This document shows, piece after piece, positions 23,328 to 36,446 of a DNA stretch of 64,000 nucleotides. Origin of the DNA: Yuukianura sp. NJ FZ-2021. Lineage: Eukaryota. Both the position numbers and the translations under genes were made by a program. Position 1 is the stretch's first letter. Every line of letters begins with the position of its first letter. Under the pieces are notes generated by a model that worked only from the letters and a program-made list of their open reading frames with translations, was not told the DNA's origin and made no database searches. Where the stretch lies: positions 14,818,001-14,882,000 of the forward strand of contig CM102285.1 in assembly GCA_046563655.1 (NCBI GenBank). The letters are read 5' to 3'.

Positions 23328-26300
23328 ATGGATGGTCATTCAAAGGAAACACCAATAGCCAAGTACTTGGCAAATTTGGAACGCCGGAAGTCACTGTTTA
23401 CGGGTGTGGGAACAGCCGTTTCTCCAAGTTCCACTCCCGCTGGATTCCCGTTCATTCCAGCAACACGTCGAGTTCCAACTGGAGGACCACAAATGAAAAT
23501 CAACTTTGACGATACATTCTTTTCTCGTCCTGAAAACGAATCTATTCTCCACATCTCTCCACCCCCAATCAGCGCATCGGTTGCTAAGAAGCGACGGCTG
23601 ACGGGATACAGCGATGAAAACGAAAATGTGGAGGGCCTTCATAAGAAAATCTGTAAAACAACTCGGAATTCTAATCTGTGCTGCAAGTGTTGAATTTTAT
23701 ACTTTCCTATTTCTTTCACAGCCGAGCTGGAACGAATCCTCCGGCAAACCCAGACGGAGTTGCTTGACGGGCAAGCAAGGTACGCAAAATTGGATCAAGT
23801 TAATGCAGAAGATCGAAGATCTTACAACGAGAAGGTCATTGCGCTGGAAAAGGCTCAGGAGGAGATGAGAATCAAATGTAGAAATGCAACTGAACGGGTA
23901 AAGCCAAAACGTATTAATTATGACTGGAGTATAAAAACTTAGTATTGATAATCGTGTTTAGAATTTTAGTCAATAACTTCTCTTTTCAGGCCGACAGTAT
24001 GGAAAAACAGCTTCTGAAACTACAACGGAAAGATGCTGATGGTACACGAGATTTTCAGACTCAAGTTACATCTCAGTTGAACAAAATTTCCACTCTCGAA
24101 GCAACAATTTCCGACCTGCAAAAGAAGAATCAAGCGCTCCATCTCAAATTGACAGAGCAATCCATAACAGAGGAGAAATCTGTTCAACATTTGCAGAAAA
24201 GAGCAGAAGAGGCAGAAAAATGTGCTGCCAAAGCTAAGCAAGAATCAGCAATACTCCAAAGTCAATTGACAGAATCTGAGAATCGGTTGGCCAAGGTACA
24301 AACTGAATTAGCAGAGGCCAAGAATCAAGCAGTTGAAAATGAAACTTACAAAAAAGACTTTGAAGCTGCACGAGAGGCACAAGAAAATGCGAGCAACGAT
24401 TTGATCACGTTGCAAACCAACCTTAGAAAAGTGGATAATCTTTTTGTGTTGGAGCAAATCAAGTGCCAGAATTTGACCAAAGAGTGTCGAAAATACCAAC
24501 AAGAAAATGACATTTTGAAGTAAGTTTTTTCGAAATTCATTAATTTTTCAAAAAAGTAATGTTTTTTCTTTTATCTCAGGTCAACTGTCCAAAGAGAGCA
24601 TCTTTTGAAAGAACAGTTGCTATCGTCTGAAACAGAAATTTCAGTTTTGAAAGAAAAACTGAGAGAAAAGGGAGACGTTGAAGGAGACCGGAATAATTTG
24701 CGGAGTGAAATCAAGGCGTGGATTTTAGTTGCCACTAAATTGGACGCATCGTGTCGTACACCGTTGGAGTTTGACTTAACATTTAGAAAAACGCAGGACC
24801 TTCTATTCCAACTAAAGCATGACAACTCTACTCTAAAACACACGTAAGATTAAGATAGAATGTACTTTGATATGATAGAATGCTTTCGAAATTTTAGTTT
24901 TCAAAAAATTTCAACCTCTTTTTTGTTTTTTAGAACTGAAAATTATGAGAAGAAGATCAAAACTTTGGAACTGGAGGTGAACAAAGCTAAGGAATCTGTG
25001 CAAACCTTGGCCTCGGATAAAGCAAAACTGAGTTTAGATTTGAGGAAACTCACACGCCGATTGGCTCTCATTGTTCAGGTAACTTCCTTCCGCTAATTAA
25101 TTAACTTTGTTAATTACTTAATTAACTTAGTTGGTTAATTAACTTTGTTAATTGTGATTTGTCCAGGACCGTGATTCTTTACGCGGACTTATGGAATCTT
25201 ATGAAAATGACTTTGAAGAAAGTTCGCCATTGGAGACGAATCCTCTGAAAATCAGAATTTCTCAGCTGGAAACGCTAGTTGTGGACTATGAGACAGCGCT
25301 AGCAGAGGATCCGTCACTCCGAAAATCATGTGACGACTGTGAACGACTTTCTTCAACTATCAAGAGACTCCAGACGGAGTTAGTTTTTCAGAAAATCAAA
25401 ATTTTGAAGTTTACACTAAAAATTTTACAAGTGCACATAATTTTTTTTCAATACTTTTTTTTTGAAACTCAGACTGGAGAATTCAAGAATAGAAACAACA
25501 ATGTACCAAACCTGTCGACCAAACGCTGACGACTCTTCAGCATCCACAAGAAGTTCGACAGTGCTGGAACTTGAGGCGAAATTGAGGGAATGCATCGCTG
25601 AAAATGAATCGCTGAAAGCGCGGTTAAAAACTGGCTTGGATGGAATCAACACTCCAGCCATGTCAGACAGTACTCTACTTCAAGAGAAAACTGGTGGGTT
25701 TCAGTTTTTGAATATCTGTTGTTCAGAATTTCAGTTTTCGAAATTTTATTTTCAGAACTGGAAGATCAGTTGAAATCGCTGCAGCGACGTTTCGAAATCC
25801 TGACAGAGTCGTATGATTATGAAACTGTCCAGCTCCAAAACGCTTGTACAAAACTGTTCGGCTACTACGTCGTTTTGAGCCGAAGCGGCAAAGATCAAAA
25901 CCAAAATCAAAATGAATTCAGACTCCAAAACATCAACTCTATCGGTCCAGATGAGACGTTCATTTTCCAGGTTTGTTTTCAAAATTTTGAAAATGCCTTT
26001 TCGAAAAAATCCTATTTTTGAAACTTTTGTCTGTTTTGTCTTTAGGAAGGAAATAATGGTGAGATGTTATTACTTGATACTCCGATTCTACAACATTTTC
26101 AAGACGACATTGAGCGATTCCTGCGCCAAGAATCTTCCGTTCCAGGCTTCTTGGCTGCCGTGACAATTGCGTATATCCAGGGATTCAACTTCCCCACGAC
26201 CACTCTGAGTCAGCTGACTTCAGTGGAGGCTGCTGGTTACCATGACGATGACAATTCCAATCCAGAGTCAATGCAAATCTTGGCAACTGAGAGTATTCAA

Positions 26301-26549
26301 GTAGTTCCAGCACAACCGACCCAGAGGCGGGAAGTTCAAATAGAAGTGGAGGGAGAAGATGAAGATGAAGATGTGGGAGATGAATTGGGGAGTGACGAGG
26401 AAGATGATGATGTGGACCAAGGAGAGACGGAGGATGATGACTACTATGATGAAGAGGGGGACGATGTGGATTATGGACATGACAATAGAAGTGATGATGG
26501 TGGGGCAGATGAGGATGGTGACGACGACGATGTGGTGATGCTGGATTGA
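23328..26549 (+). CDS. MAD1L1: MAD1-like mitotic checkpoint coiled-coil protein, copy B, with acidic C-terminal tail
   Basis: Phase-consistent exons paralogous to copy A; 'RRLALIVQDRDSLRGLMESYENDF', 'LQNACTKLFGYYV', 'FRLQNI', 'MLLLDTPIL..DIERFLRQESSVPGFLAAVTI' resemble the MAD1 C-terminal domain; followed by a long D/E-rich tail. Confidence 0.75.
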
Positions 26550-27353
26550 TACTGGGGAAGTACTTGCCCAGTACTTTTCAAAAAAGGCTGTCTTCTAAGT
26601 TCAATTTCATACAAAAGTGGAAGTATCATGCTGCCCAGTTTTTTTGGTCGAATATCAAAGTAATTCATGCCTGCATAGGAAGTTCAAAGTAATTAAGACA
26701 AGCCGAGGTAATTCAAAGTAATTACTAATACCAACAAAGGTAATTCAGGTAATTACCACCAACACAGGTAATTCAAATTAACATCATAAGTAATTCAAGG
26801 TAATTAACATCAGAAGAAGTAATTCAAAGTAATTAACGCCAAAGTAATTCAAACTTTGAATTACTGCGAATTTCAAAGTAATTACAGCAGATGTTAATTA
26901 GAAAAAGCTGAACATTGGAAAACTTTTACTTTTCAATTTAATATATCATTCTTATAGCAAGTAATTGAAATAATTATACAAGTAATTGAATTATTTGTAA
27001 ACATGTATTTGTTGTTTATGTCCTAAAAAGTAAATTACTAATCGTGATGCTTGTTTTCGTAAGTTGTGTTCAGTAGTTCACCCCTTCTTGACATGTCAAC
27101 GTCATGTCAAATGTCAGTTTGGTTACCGTCGGTGTCCAAGATGACATTAATTAAGTTGTTAGTTAATTAAAAGTTAGCGTCACTTTTTGGTATGTTCACT
27201 CGGTACTTCCAGAGAGCAAGGTCAAAGGTCAAAAAAATTGTTGTTTGTTGGAGTTGGATGTTAAAGTTTGATTGAATTATGTCTTTGTTAATTGAGTTTT
27301 GTTAATTGATTAATTGAGTTAATTGAGTCTAAGTTAATTGTTTTGTTTGTGTT

Positions 27354-30300
27354 TCAGTTGGATGAGCAACGACCTTGGTTCTGGAGACACCACTCCGGCT
27401 GGAGTCGATCAGCCGAAATTCCGCGTTTGACGAGCCGTTCGCGATGGTGAATGAGCCGATCCGCGGCGTCTCTCCACGATGAAAATGGATTTGCCCAGAG
27501 CCGTTCGGCCAAAGCGGCTCCTCGTGGCCACACTTTGGCTTCCAGCCCCATTTCGTCCACTTGCTCTGACCAAAGAGCCGCTTCTCCACCAATGACCTGA
27601 CCCGGCTGCAGGTCAATCTCTTCTGTAGTGTTGAGTTGAGCTATGACCCGCAGTGGATTGTTGTCGTACACACGCTGCCAAGTTTTGTAACCGCCGCATG
27701 AACCACGTCCTTCACCCATCTTTCAAATTTTTAAAACAAGGTTAGAATTTTCAATTTTTAGAATTTTGAAAACTTGAATTTTTAAACTTTTTGAATTTCA
27801 GCGATTCTGTGTTACCCAGTCGCCAAATCCGCAATCGAATTGCCATGCATCACGATTTGAGAAGACAACACGATAGCCCTTGTCCAAGATGGCGGCCAGG
27901 GAACGGTCACGTCCACTGTTTCGGAAGTGCACAATGTACCGTTCCGGATCCAAAATGTTTTCAATGTTTTCTTGAATGAGGAGATTGGAAGCCCACACGA
28001 TCGGAGTCAACTCGGTACCACGAGCGGCACGAACCAGTTCGACGTAAGCTCTGAAAAAAATCGAAATTTGGAAAATTTTAGGTTTTTTGAACTTTTGACA
28101 TTTTGACCTTTCGGACTTTTTGACTTTTTTCAGTACCTTCGTTGAAAAGTGGCCCAGAGTTGGAGAAATTCGCGTTCGGTTCGGTTGCGACGCTGAGCTG
28201 TGAGGAAATCAGTGATTTCCTTGCTGGAATTCCAGCAGTTGAAGTTCACATCGTCACCCCCCATATGAAAAGCGTCAGTGTCAAAAACGCTCAACAAGTC
28301 TCGGTAAAGTTTTCCTTTTTTTGAAAAAAAAAGTTTCAAAATTTTGAATTTTCAAAATTTCAATTTTATGAATTGTGACTTACCTAGCACAAGATACGTT
28401 TGTTCATTGACTGGATTGAGTTGACCGCATGGTGGTTCAGAGCAAAATTGGTTCCAGGGTTCGGCATTGACACAAACAGCCATTGGTCCGCCACTCGTCA
28501 CACTCACTGGACTGGGTTGAATCGTATTTGGACCTTAACAACACAAGTATTTTCAAAATTTCGAAATTTTGAAATTTCTACAAACCAAAATTTTAGAATT
28601 TTGGAAAACTAACCAGGTTCTACCGTGTTGCTCCTCTCCAGTCCTTGCCATCCACTGCTGATGTGGGACGGCGCATCTAATTCTGGAATGACTCGAACGC
28701 CTCTGTTTTTCAAAAAGAAAAAAGAATCAGTTTTGCATTAATAAAACAAACGTAGCTGTTCAAAATTTTGAATTGCGGTGATGAAATTTTTAATTTTTTG
28801 GAGTGAAAGTAAAGCTCTGCATTTCTTCAAAGAAATTGTGCAATTTGGGCTTGAAATTGTGCATTTTTGGAAAGAGATTTTGAATTTTTGGAAAGAAATT
28901 TTTACATTTTTGAAAAGAAAGTGCATTTTGGGCAAGAAATTCTCTATTTAGGTGAACAAATTTTGAATTTGAAAAAATGAGGTTTACCGAACACGAGCGT
29001 ACTCCACGAAATCTTTGATTTCTTCTGGAAAGTAAATTTTTTCTGGAGTGTAGGCTCCATACAAGGTCAGTTGCGGTACACGTTGCGAGTAGAACGGAAA
29101 GGAATGTGAATCGGTGATATGCCAGTGAAGTGTATTCAGTTTGTTATAAGACATTCCATCTACCAGTTTCTTCATTCCTTTAATGGACACAAAGTTCCTG
29201 GAAGTGTCCAGCATCAGTCCACGGTAAGCAAACAACGGTCGGTCAATCACAGCTCCAGCCGAGATGATCTGCACAGTGTCTCTCTGGTCATCGTAAGCAA
29301 TCAGTTGACTCAATGTCTCCAGGCCATGACGAGCTCCAAAGAAAGTGTCGCCACGCACTTCTGCTGTGACGGTGTTGCCCTGTGTCTCGATGTCAATTCG
29401 GTACCCTTCAGAGGTCTCCAAGGTCAATCTCTCCTCGGGGTCATCCACCGTGACCTGCACTTGGACAATCGTGCCTTCTATGAGATTGTCATACTGCTTG
29501 TCAAACGGATTGGCCCCGCCTTCGACATAGTTCGGATGGGTTTTCAAAATGTTCGACTGGAAGTCCACCACAACTCGGTTTAAAAGTTCACGAACTCGGT
29601 CTGTCGGAGCGACGACCGGCAGAACACGAAGGTTTTGCGGTTTGAACGGTACGACGACACGGGACAGCTCGACGTCACCTAAGAATAAAAAAAAAGTTGG
29701 TGACCTTTGACCTTGACCTGGAAATGACTTCAGATTTTGCATAAGTCAAGTGTGAAATATCATATCAATCATGTAATTAATTTCGAGGCTACTCAAAACT
29801 TTTTGAGAGTAAAATTTGCTAAAACAAAAGTTTTTAAAGTTTTGTCTCAATTTCTCTAATAATTTCGTTTTGAAAGTTTTTTTTTCTGAAAACTTGGTGT
29901 TTTTAAATGTGACCAGCCGACCAATCCCAAAAGGTCATTGACCTATGATGACCTTTGGTATGAGCGTTGCTAACTGATGGACTCATATTATGATGTGAGT
30001 TATGGTTATGGCTTCCAGGATTTAGCGTGGAAAGGTAGACAGCATTTGCATTTTGGATGAACAGAACTTGCTCATCTTTTGCTAAAGACAAGATGAACGT
30101 TTTCATCTTTTGAGTGAAGATGAAAGATCTCGTAAGGAATACAAATTATGTTGATCTTCTCAACAAAAAAGTTGTTTCAAATCAACTTTTTTGTTGAAAT
30201 TTTAACAAAAAAAATTGTATAGCTTTTCCCCTGCTGCTGGAAGTGTGAATGAACGCTTAAACAAATTCTGATGACGAGATCGTCTCAACGGGTTCTCAAA

Positions 30301-31023
30301 ACGCAAAACCACCAATTTTCCTTCGTCAAAAAACACCTAAAGTTTTCACTTTTTAACTAAAGCAGTCAAAAGTTTTCAATGAAAATCTTCTAAATCAAAC
30401 ACCGCCAAAGTTTTGAATGAAACCCGTAAAACACCGCAAAGTTTTCAATGAAAACCGTCAAAACATCACAAGCTTTTCAACGAAAACCTTTTAAGTGAAA
30501 ACACCGCAAAGTTTTCAATGAAAGCCTTTTAAATATAACCACCAAAGTTTTGAATGAAACCCGTAAAACACCGCAAAGGTTTCAATGAAAACCGTCAAAA
30601 CATCACAAGGTTTTCAATGAAAACCCTTTAAATATAACCACCAAAGTTTTCAATGAAAACCGTGAAACACCGCAAAGTTTTCAAGTCTTCATATGGAAAA
30701 CACTGACCTGTCGGCCTTGGCCAAATTGCTCGAAACCTTCCACAGCGCAGTCTGCAAGTATCCAAGCACTGGATGACGGTTGAATCAGATCTCAGTTTTT
30801 TCGCACAAGTTCCGTTTTTGCAAACATAAGTCCAGGGTGAAGGCATTCTGTTCAAAAAATAGAACGCTGAAATTTCGAAAACTTTTCAAAAAACATAAAA
30901 GTTTGAGAGACTTTATTTTTATACCCACCGGAAGTAAGACTGTGCTTCTGATTCGACCGGTAGAAGTACTAGGGTCACCGCAGCCACAGCTCCTAAGAGC
31001 ATCAGCACCTTGAACTTGTCCAT
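27354..31023 (-). CDS. GH20 chitooligosaccharidolytic beta-N-acetylglucosaminidase-like protein (degenerate active site)
   Basis: Signal peptide MDKFKVLMLLGAVAAVTLVLLPVESEA; 'TFFGARHGLETLSQLI', 'YRGLMLDTSRNF', 'NKLNTLHWHITDSHSFP', 'FHMGGDDV', 'GGEAALWSEQVD', 'WPRGAALAERLW', 'LQPEWCLQN'. Confidence 0.9.
30365..30685. repeat. Intronic minisatellite, about 31-33 bp unit
   Basis: Repeated AAAGTTTTCAATGAAAACC...AAAACACCGC in the large intron of the minus-strand GH20 gene. Confidence 0.85.
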
Positions 31024-33026
31024 TTGTCCCTTGAAGTGGACACAACTACTGAGGGGGACCCTTGGAATTGCTGGAAGGGGACCCTTAATCTCCGAATTCC
31101 TTAAACCTGATTCCTGATTCCTGAGGCTTCTTCTCACTTTGGTCTCTTCGGCGTCTCGTTGGCCTCTGACTGTTTGAATTCATTGGACTTGACCAGCATC
31201 AGCATCCAAAACTGGATTTACACCGTGTTTCACGAGTCAGTGAATCCATGAAGGGGCGGGGCAGAGTGGGGACAGGTCTCGCCCCGGGCTATTCCAATTA
31301 AAATATTCAACTTAACACAAAACACTTCGGTTTGTTTCATTTTATGCCAAAAACTTGGTCCACCATTCGGAAAAACCGATGACCCCTCAGATTTTTGAAA
31401 ATTTGGAGGTCAACATCACTTCTGATACGAAGTATAAATTTGAACTTCATGTTTTCGTTTTAGTATTTTGATTAGAATGCAACTTTTCCCAAGTGGCGTG
31501 GAGTTTGAAAAATGAAAGTTTGGAAGCGTCACTTTTACTCTCCCAACTTTCTCCTCTTATGTAAATTGCAATGTTTTGAGTAACTTGAGATTAAAATCTC
31601 ATTTTTCTTAAGTTTTGTGCATATAACATTATTGAAGTCTTGTTATTTTCTCATTTTTTGATGATGCTTGTGCGTTTTAATTAGAAGTTGTGATGAGAAG
31701 ATCATGGAAACTTATGAGTCGGCTGGTCGTTGACCGGAGGTTGGATTCGTGGACTTTTGTGGTTCACCCTGAAACTTCATCTTCATGAAGAAGCTGCGTC
31801 TTGTGCCTACAAACAAAGTCTATGAAGGTCATTGACCTCTCTCCACTCAAGGTAATCAACACTCTCTCTCTCATCTTCTTGCATCTCAACTTAATCACTC
31901 CCTCTTAAGCCATAAACATTATACTCTCTCTCCAAAATACCAAAACCAAAAGAAAATCAGAATTTTTAAACAAAAACTAATTTATCTTCACACAGTTGTC
32001 CTAAAAATTGAGGTGTCAAAATTTAGAAATCCCAAAGCCTATGGAATGATTAAAAACATTATAAGGAAAAATATTTTGCAAAATCACTGCAATGCAATGA
32101 GGACACATACTAAACAAAAATGATTTGAAAAAATGTTGTTTAGGAGAGACGCCAGTTTAATTTTAGTTTGTTGAGATAGAAAAATTGTCATCCCCATGTT
32201 CATAGTTAAGATTTTCTCTCCCCTTCCATTCCCACAGTTTTTTCCTATGTAATTATTCTATCTCATTCCCTATCTCGCGTTATATAATCTCAATTTGTCA
32301 CATCTTCAAACAAAATGGACCAATTTTAATTTAAATGTAATTAATTTAAAAAAAAAAAAAAAAACAATTTTATCCATTTTAGTGTGTCTATTTTTTCCAT
32401 GCGGCGTCTATTTCCTACTAAAATCCGATTCATGATAATTCTGGAATTATTCCAGATTGCCATTGATCAAATGGAATTAAAACTATAGTATTTTTTTGAA
32501 AAATTAGTCTTTTGATGAAAAATTATAGTCTTTCATTCCAAATTATAGTCGTGTCATGCTCAAATACTGTGAATGTCAAAATAGTGAATGCTATTGCCAT
32601 TGTTCCCAAGGTGTGAACTCATTTTCACGGCCACACCTCCAAAGTGATCATGCATATTCATAATAAATATTAATACACAAGTAGTTCACTTGTTACACAG
32701 TAAATTCTAAATTCATAAGCCATATGTAATCCTGTCCTCATGAAATGTCACTTCCCCAGGGCAATTTGTTAATTTAGTTTTTATCTTGTGTCTAATCTCG
32801 GCAGATGAACAGGACCATAGTTTATTTTTCCACTTTAGTTCACTTTGTACTACTAAAATCACAAAAACTGTCGTTAGAAACCAATTTAGACCAGAGTGAT
32901 ACACTCTAACGACCATTTCAACTCACTCCACTTTACAACAACCTACACTCACTTTTAAACACAAGTAAACAACAGTTGCAGTAAAAAGACAATAGAAATT
33001 TACTTTTAAACAATTGAAACCACAAC

Positions 33027-36000
33027 ATGGGAGTGATGGGCAGAGGAACTGTGATTGCAGTTGCATTGTTCCTTTTGTGCTGTAGTCAGTCTACTCTAGC
33101 TGAAAAGAGCTCGGTGTAAGTCAATTTTCGAAAAAAAAAAGTTCAAAATTTTGAGTTTTGGAAAGCTGGATTTTTTGAATTTCAGAATCCCGAGACGCTA
33201 TTCGTGGGTATGTCGCCAACAAATTTGTGTGAAGGAACTGACATCCGAGATTCCTCTAAACGAAGTTGGACTTCCGATGGCTATTTGCAAATTAAATTGT
33301 GCCGCTGGTGGATCCTTGTGGCCACTTCCATCGATACAAGTAACTTTTTCAAATTTTCAAATTTTTTTGAAAACCTAAAATTTTGAAATTTGAACTTGTT
33401 TTATGGTTTTAGGTGCAATTAGGTCAAGGGAGATTTGACTTCTACCCGCAAAATGTTGAGTTTGGTGTTTTCGACGCAGAGGAAGGCGTCCAAGCAAGGC
33501 TTCACGCCGCTTCTGCAATTTTCAGAGATTATTTAACTAAGGTACGTATAAACTTTAGTTGCAAAAGTTTTACGCATTGTGTTATGTTATATATTGATTT
33601 TAATATATTATTTATTTATATTATATTAATTAAATTTTATTTTAATTAAGTTGGAATTACTCCCACTTTTTATATTTTATTTCCAGATGCACCCTGATAG
33701 TAGAAACAACCAAAATTTTGTTTTTCCTGATCCGACTGTTGGTGCCAAATCTTTTGACCACAAAATTCTAGTGAATGTGGCCGTGGTTTATCCAGATACT
33801 CCAATGACCTTGGGCACTGATGAATCTTATACTCTGAGTCAGGTCAAGTCAGACGATGGAGTAAGTATAGTTACAATATATTAATATATTCTTAGTTTAG
33901 ATTAATATATTTTAGTATAATTTTATATTTTTTAGAAAACTGTTGAAGTGACAATTTCTGCCAACACGTTCTACGGCGCTCGACACGCCTTGGAGACGCT
34001 GAGTCAACTCATTGCTTACAATGAAGACACGCAGTCGCTCACGGTGAGACAACATTTTCAAAATTTCGAAAAATGTGAAAAAAAGTAGTTTTTTTGAAAT
34101 TTTGATTGTTTTAGATTGTTGACCAAGCCATAATTTCTGACAAGCCTTTCTACACTTACCGTGGAATTCTGATGGACACTTCCAGGAACTTCATGTCCGT
34201 GGGATCCCTTAAACGATTGATTGACGGCCTGTCGTATAACAAACTCAATGTGTTCCATTGGCACATCACCGACACGCACTCTTTTCCATTCGAATCCAGA
34301 AGTCGCCCACTCGTAAGTTCAAGAAAAAAAGTTCAAAATTTTGAATTTGAATTTTGAAATTTTGAACATGATTTTTTGTAAAGATGGCCCAATATGGAGC
34401 GTATTCGTGGAGACAAATTTACTCGATTGCTCAAATGAAGGAAATCGTTGAATACGGAAGACAGCGTGGGGTCAAAGTTCTTCCAGAATTTGATGTAAAA
34501 TGAAACCAACACATACATTACACTAAACTTTGAACTATGTTAATATATTTTTATTAATTTTAATTATTTATTTTATTCAGGCTCCAGCCCATGTTGGGAA
34601 TGGGTGGGAGTGGGGTCCATCTGAGGGTTTGGGCAACTTGGCTGTTTGCATGAACAAAGTTCCCTGGTTTGACGTAAGCAAAATTCCCACTTATCGTTGC
34701 AATTTTTCAAAATTCCGATTTCCAAGAATCCTCAAGTGCTTTTGAAATTCAAAAATTTAGAACTTCGGAGAAAAACTTGAAGTATTTTGGTCAAATCTTA
34801 TCAAAAAAATAATCTTGTTGACCTTATTTTTCAGTACTGCGTCGAACCCCCTTGTGGACAACTTAATCCTGCCAATGATAACATGTACACTGTTCTAGGT
34901 AAACAAGCCACAAAATTTTGAAAAATGAAAATTCAAAATTTTGAAAAATGAAAATGAAAAATTTTGAAAAATGAAAATCCGGAATTATGAAAACCTGAAA
35001 ATCATAAGTTTGGGGATCCTCTTATTTCTTGGAAATGCACTTGTTTCTTTTGTTTTTTGAAAACTGATGTCCTGCCAAGAGTGAAAACAAAGTGTCAATT
35101 AAGTCCTTAAGTGATTTTTTTGAAATTGTGTTTTTTGAAATTTCAGGAGACCTGTTTGGTGACTTTTTGGAGATTTTTGGTAATGATTTGTTCCACATGG
35201 GGGGTGACGAAGTGCACTTCGGATGCTGGAACTCTTCAGAAGAAGTTACGAAATGGATGACAGACAATGGGAGGGGACTTAGCAAGGAGGACTTCATTGA
35301 CGTATGGGGGGAATTCCAGGACAAAGGTTTTAAAAAAAATCTTCAAATTCAACATTTCAAAATTTTAAAAAAAAAATGTTGAATTCATAATTTTGGTTTT
35401 TAGCCTACGGTAAATTGAAAGAGGCCAATGGGGGGCAAAACGTTTCAGCAATTCTGTGGACTTCTGAACTCGTTAGCCAAGCGCATGCTCTGCAGTACAT
35501 CAGCAACGAAACTTACGCTGTTCAAATTTGGAGCAATGGTAGTTTTTCAAAATTTTGAAAAAGTATTTTGAATTTTAAAATTTTGGAAAATTTTTTAAAT
35601 CAAGGTCACGATGAAGCCCAGAACGTGATTCCGTTTTTGATTCAAAATGGCTACCGTACCATCTTCTCTCAAGTGGACGCTTGGTACCTTGATTGCGGTT
35701 ATGGTGCTTGGTAATTAAATATAATAACAATTAATTATTTTAAATATATTATTACAATTAATTATTTTTTTTGTATAATATGTAAATCCAAATGTAATTT
35801 GATCCAGGGTTGGAAATGCCGCCAACAACTGGTGCTCACCGTACAAGGGCTGGCAGGTTCGGAATTTAAAGAAAAAACTAATTTTGACTTCATTTTATTA
35901 ACTTAAGTTATTAATTATTATTTAATTTAATTTTATTATTTAATTTGATTAAATTTAAATATTTTTAGCAAGGCTATATGAACAATCCATTGAAGATTTT

Positions 36001-36446
36001 GGCAAATTCCACCAGTTGGGAATATGCAATGGAAGCTTATGAAAAAGGACTGATCCTGGGAGGTGAAGCTGCTATGTGGACTGAACAAGTAAAACTAATT
36101 AATTATTGTAATTAATATAATTAAACCAATGAATTTTATATAATAATAAATGTAGGTTGATGAGGAAGCAGTAGAGTCCAAAGTTTGGCCTCGTGGCGCT
36201 GCCTTGGCAGAGCGCTTGTGGACAAATCCTACGACTGGCTGGTTGGCCTCTGAGCCCAGAATGCTGGATCAGCGTCAGCGCTTGGTTGAGCGGGGACTGC
36301 ACCCAGACCACATTCAGGTAATTTAACATATTATTATTATTACGTTATTTATTATTATTAATATATTATTTTATATTATTAAACAGCCCCAGTGGTGTCA
36401 CCAGAATGATCAAGGATGTCTCACTCTCCCTGCCCGTGACATTTGA
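33027..36446 (+). CDS. GH20 chitooligosaccharidolytic beta-N-acetylglucosaminidase (canonical)
   Basis: Signal peptide MGVMGRGTVIAVALFLLCC; 'YRGILMDTSRNF', 'FHWHITDTHSFP', 'PEFDAPAHVGNGW', 'YCVEPPCGQLNP', 'FHMGGDEV', 'VQIWS', 'WYLDCGYGAWVG..NNWCSPYKGWQ', 'GGEAAMWTEQVD', 'IQPQWCHQN'; about 17 small exons; stop TGA 36444-36446. Confidence 0.93.

Noticed and set aside
26680..26900. GTAATTCAAAGTAATTA-rich block (similar at about 9290-9820 and 36545-36680)
   Set aside because: Low-complexity repeat with no TIRs, coding signal or other structure that I can support.
14616..36446. PKS plus neighbours as a biosynthetic gene cluster
   Set aside because: Downstream neighbours are EXOSC10, MAD1-like and secreted GH20 genes with no evident tailoring role; the upstream side is outside the window.
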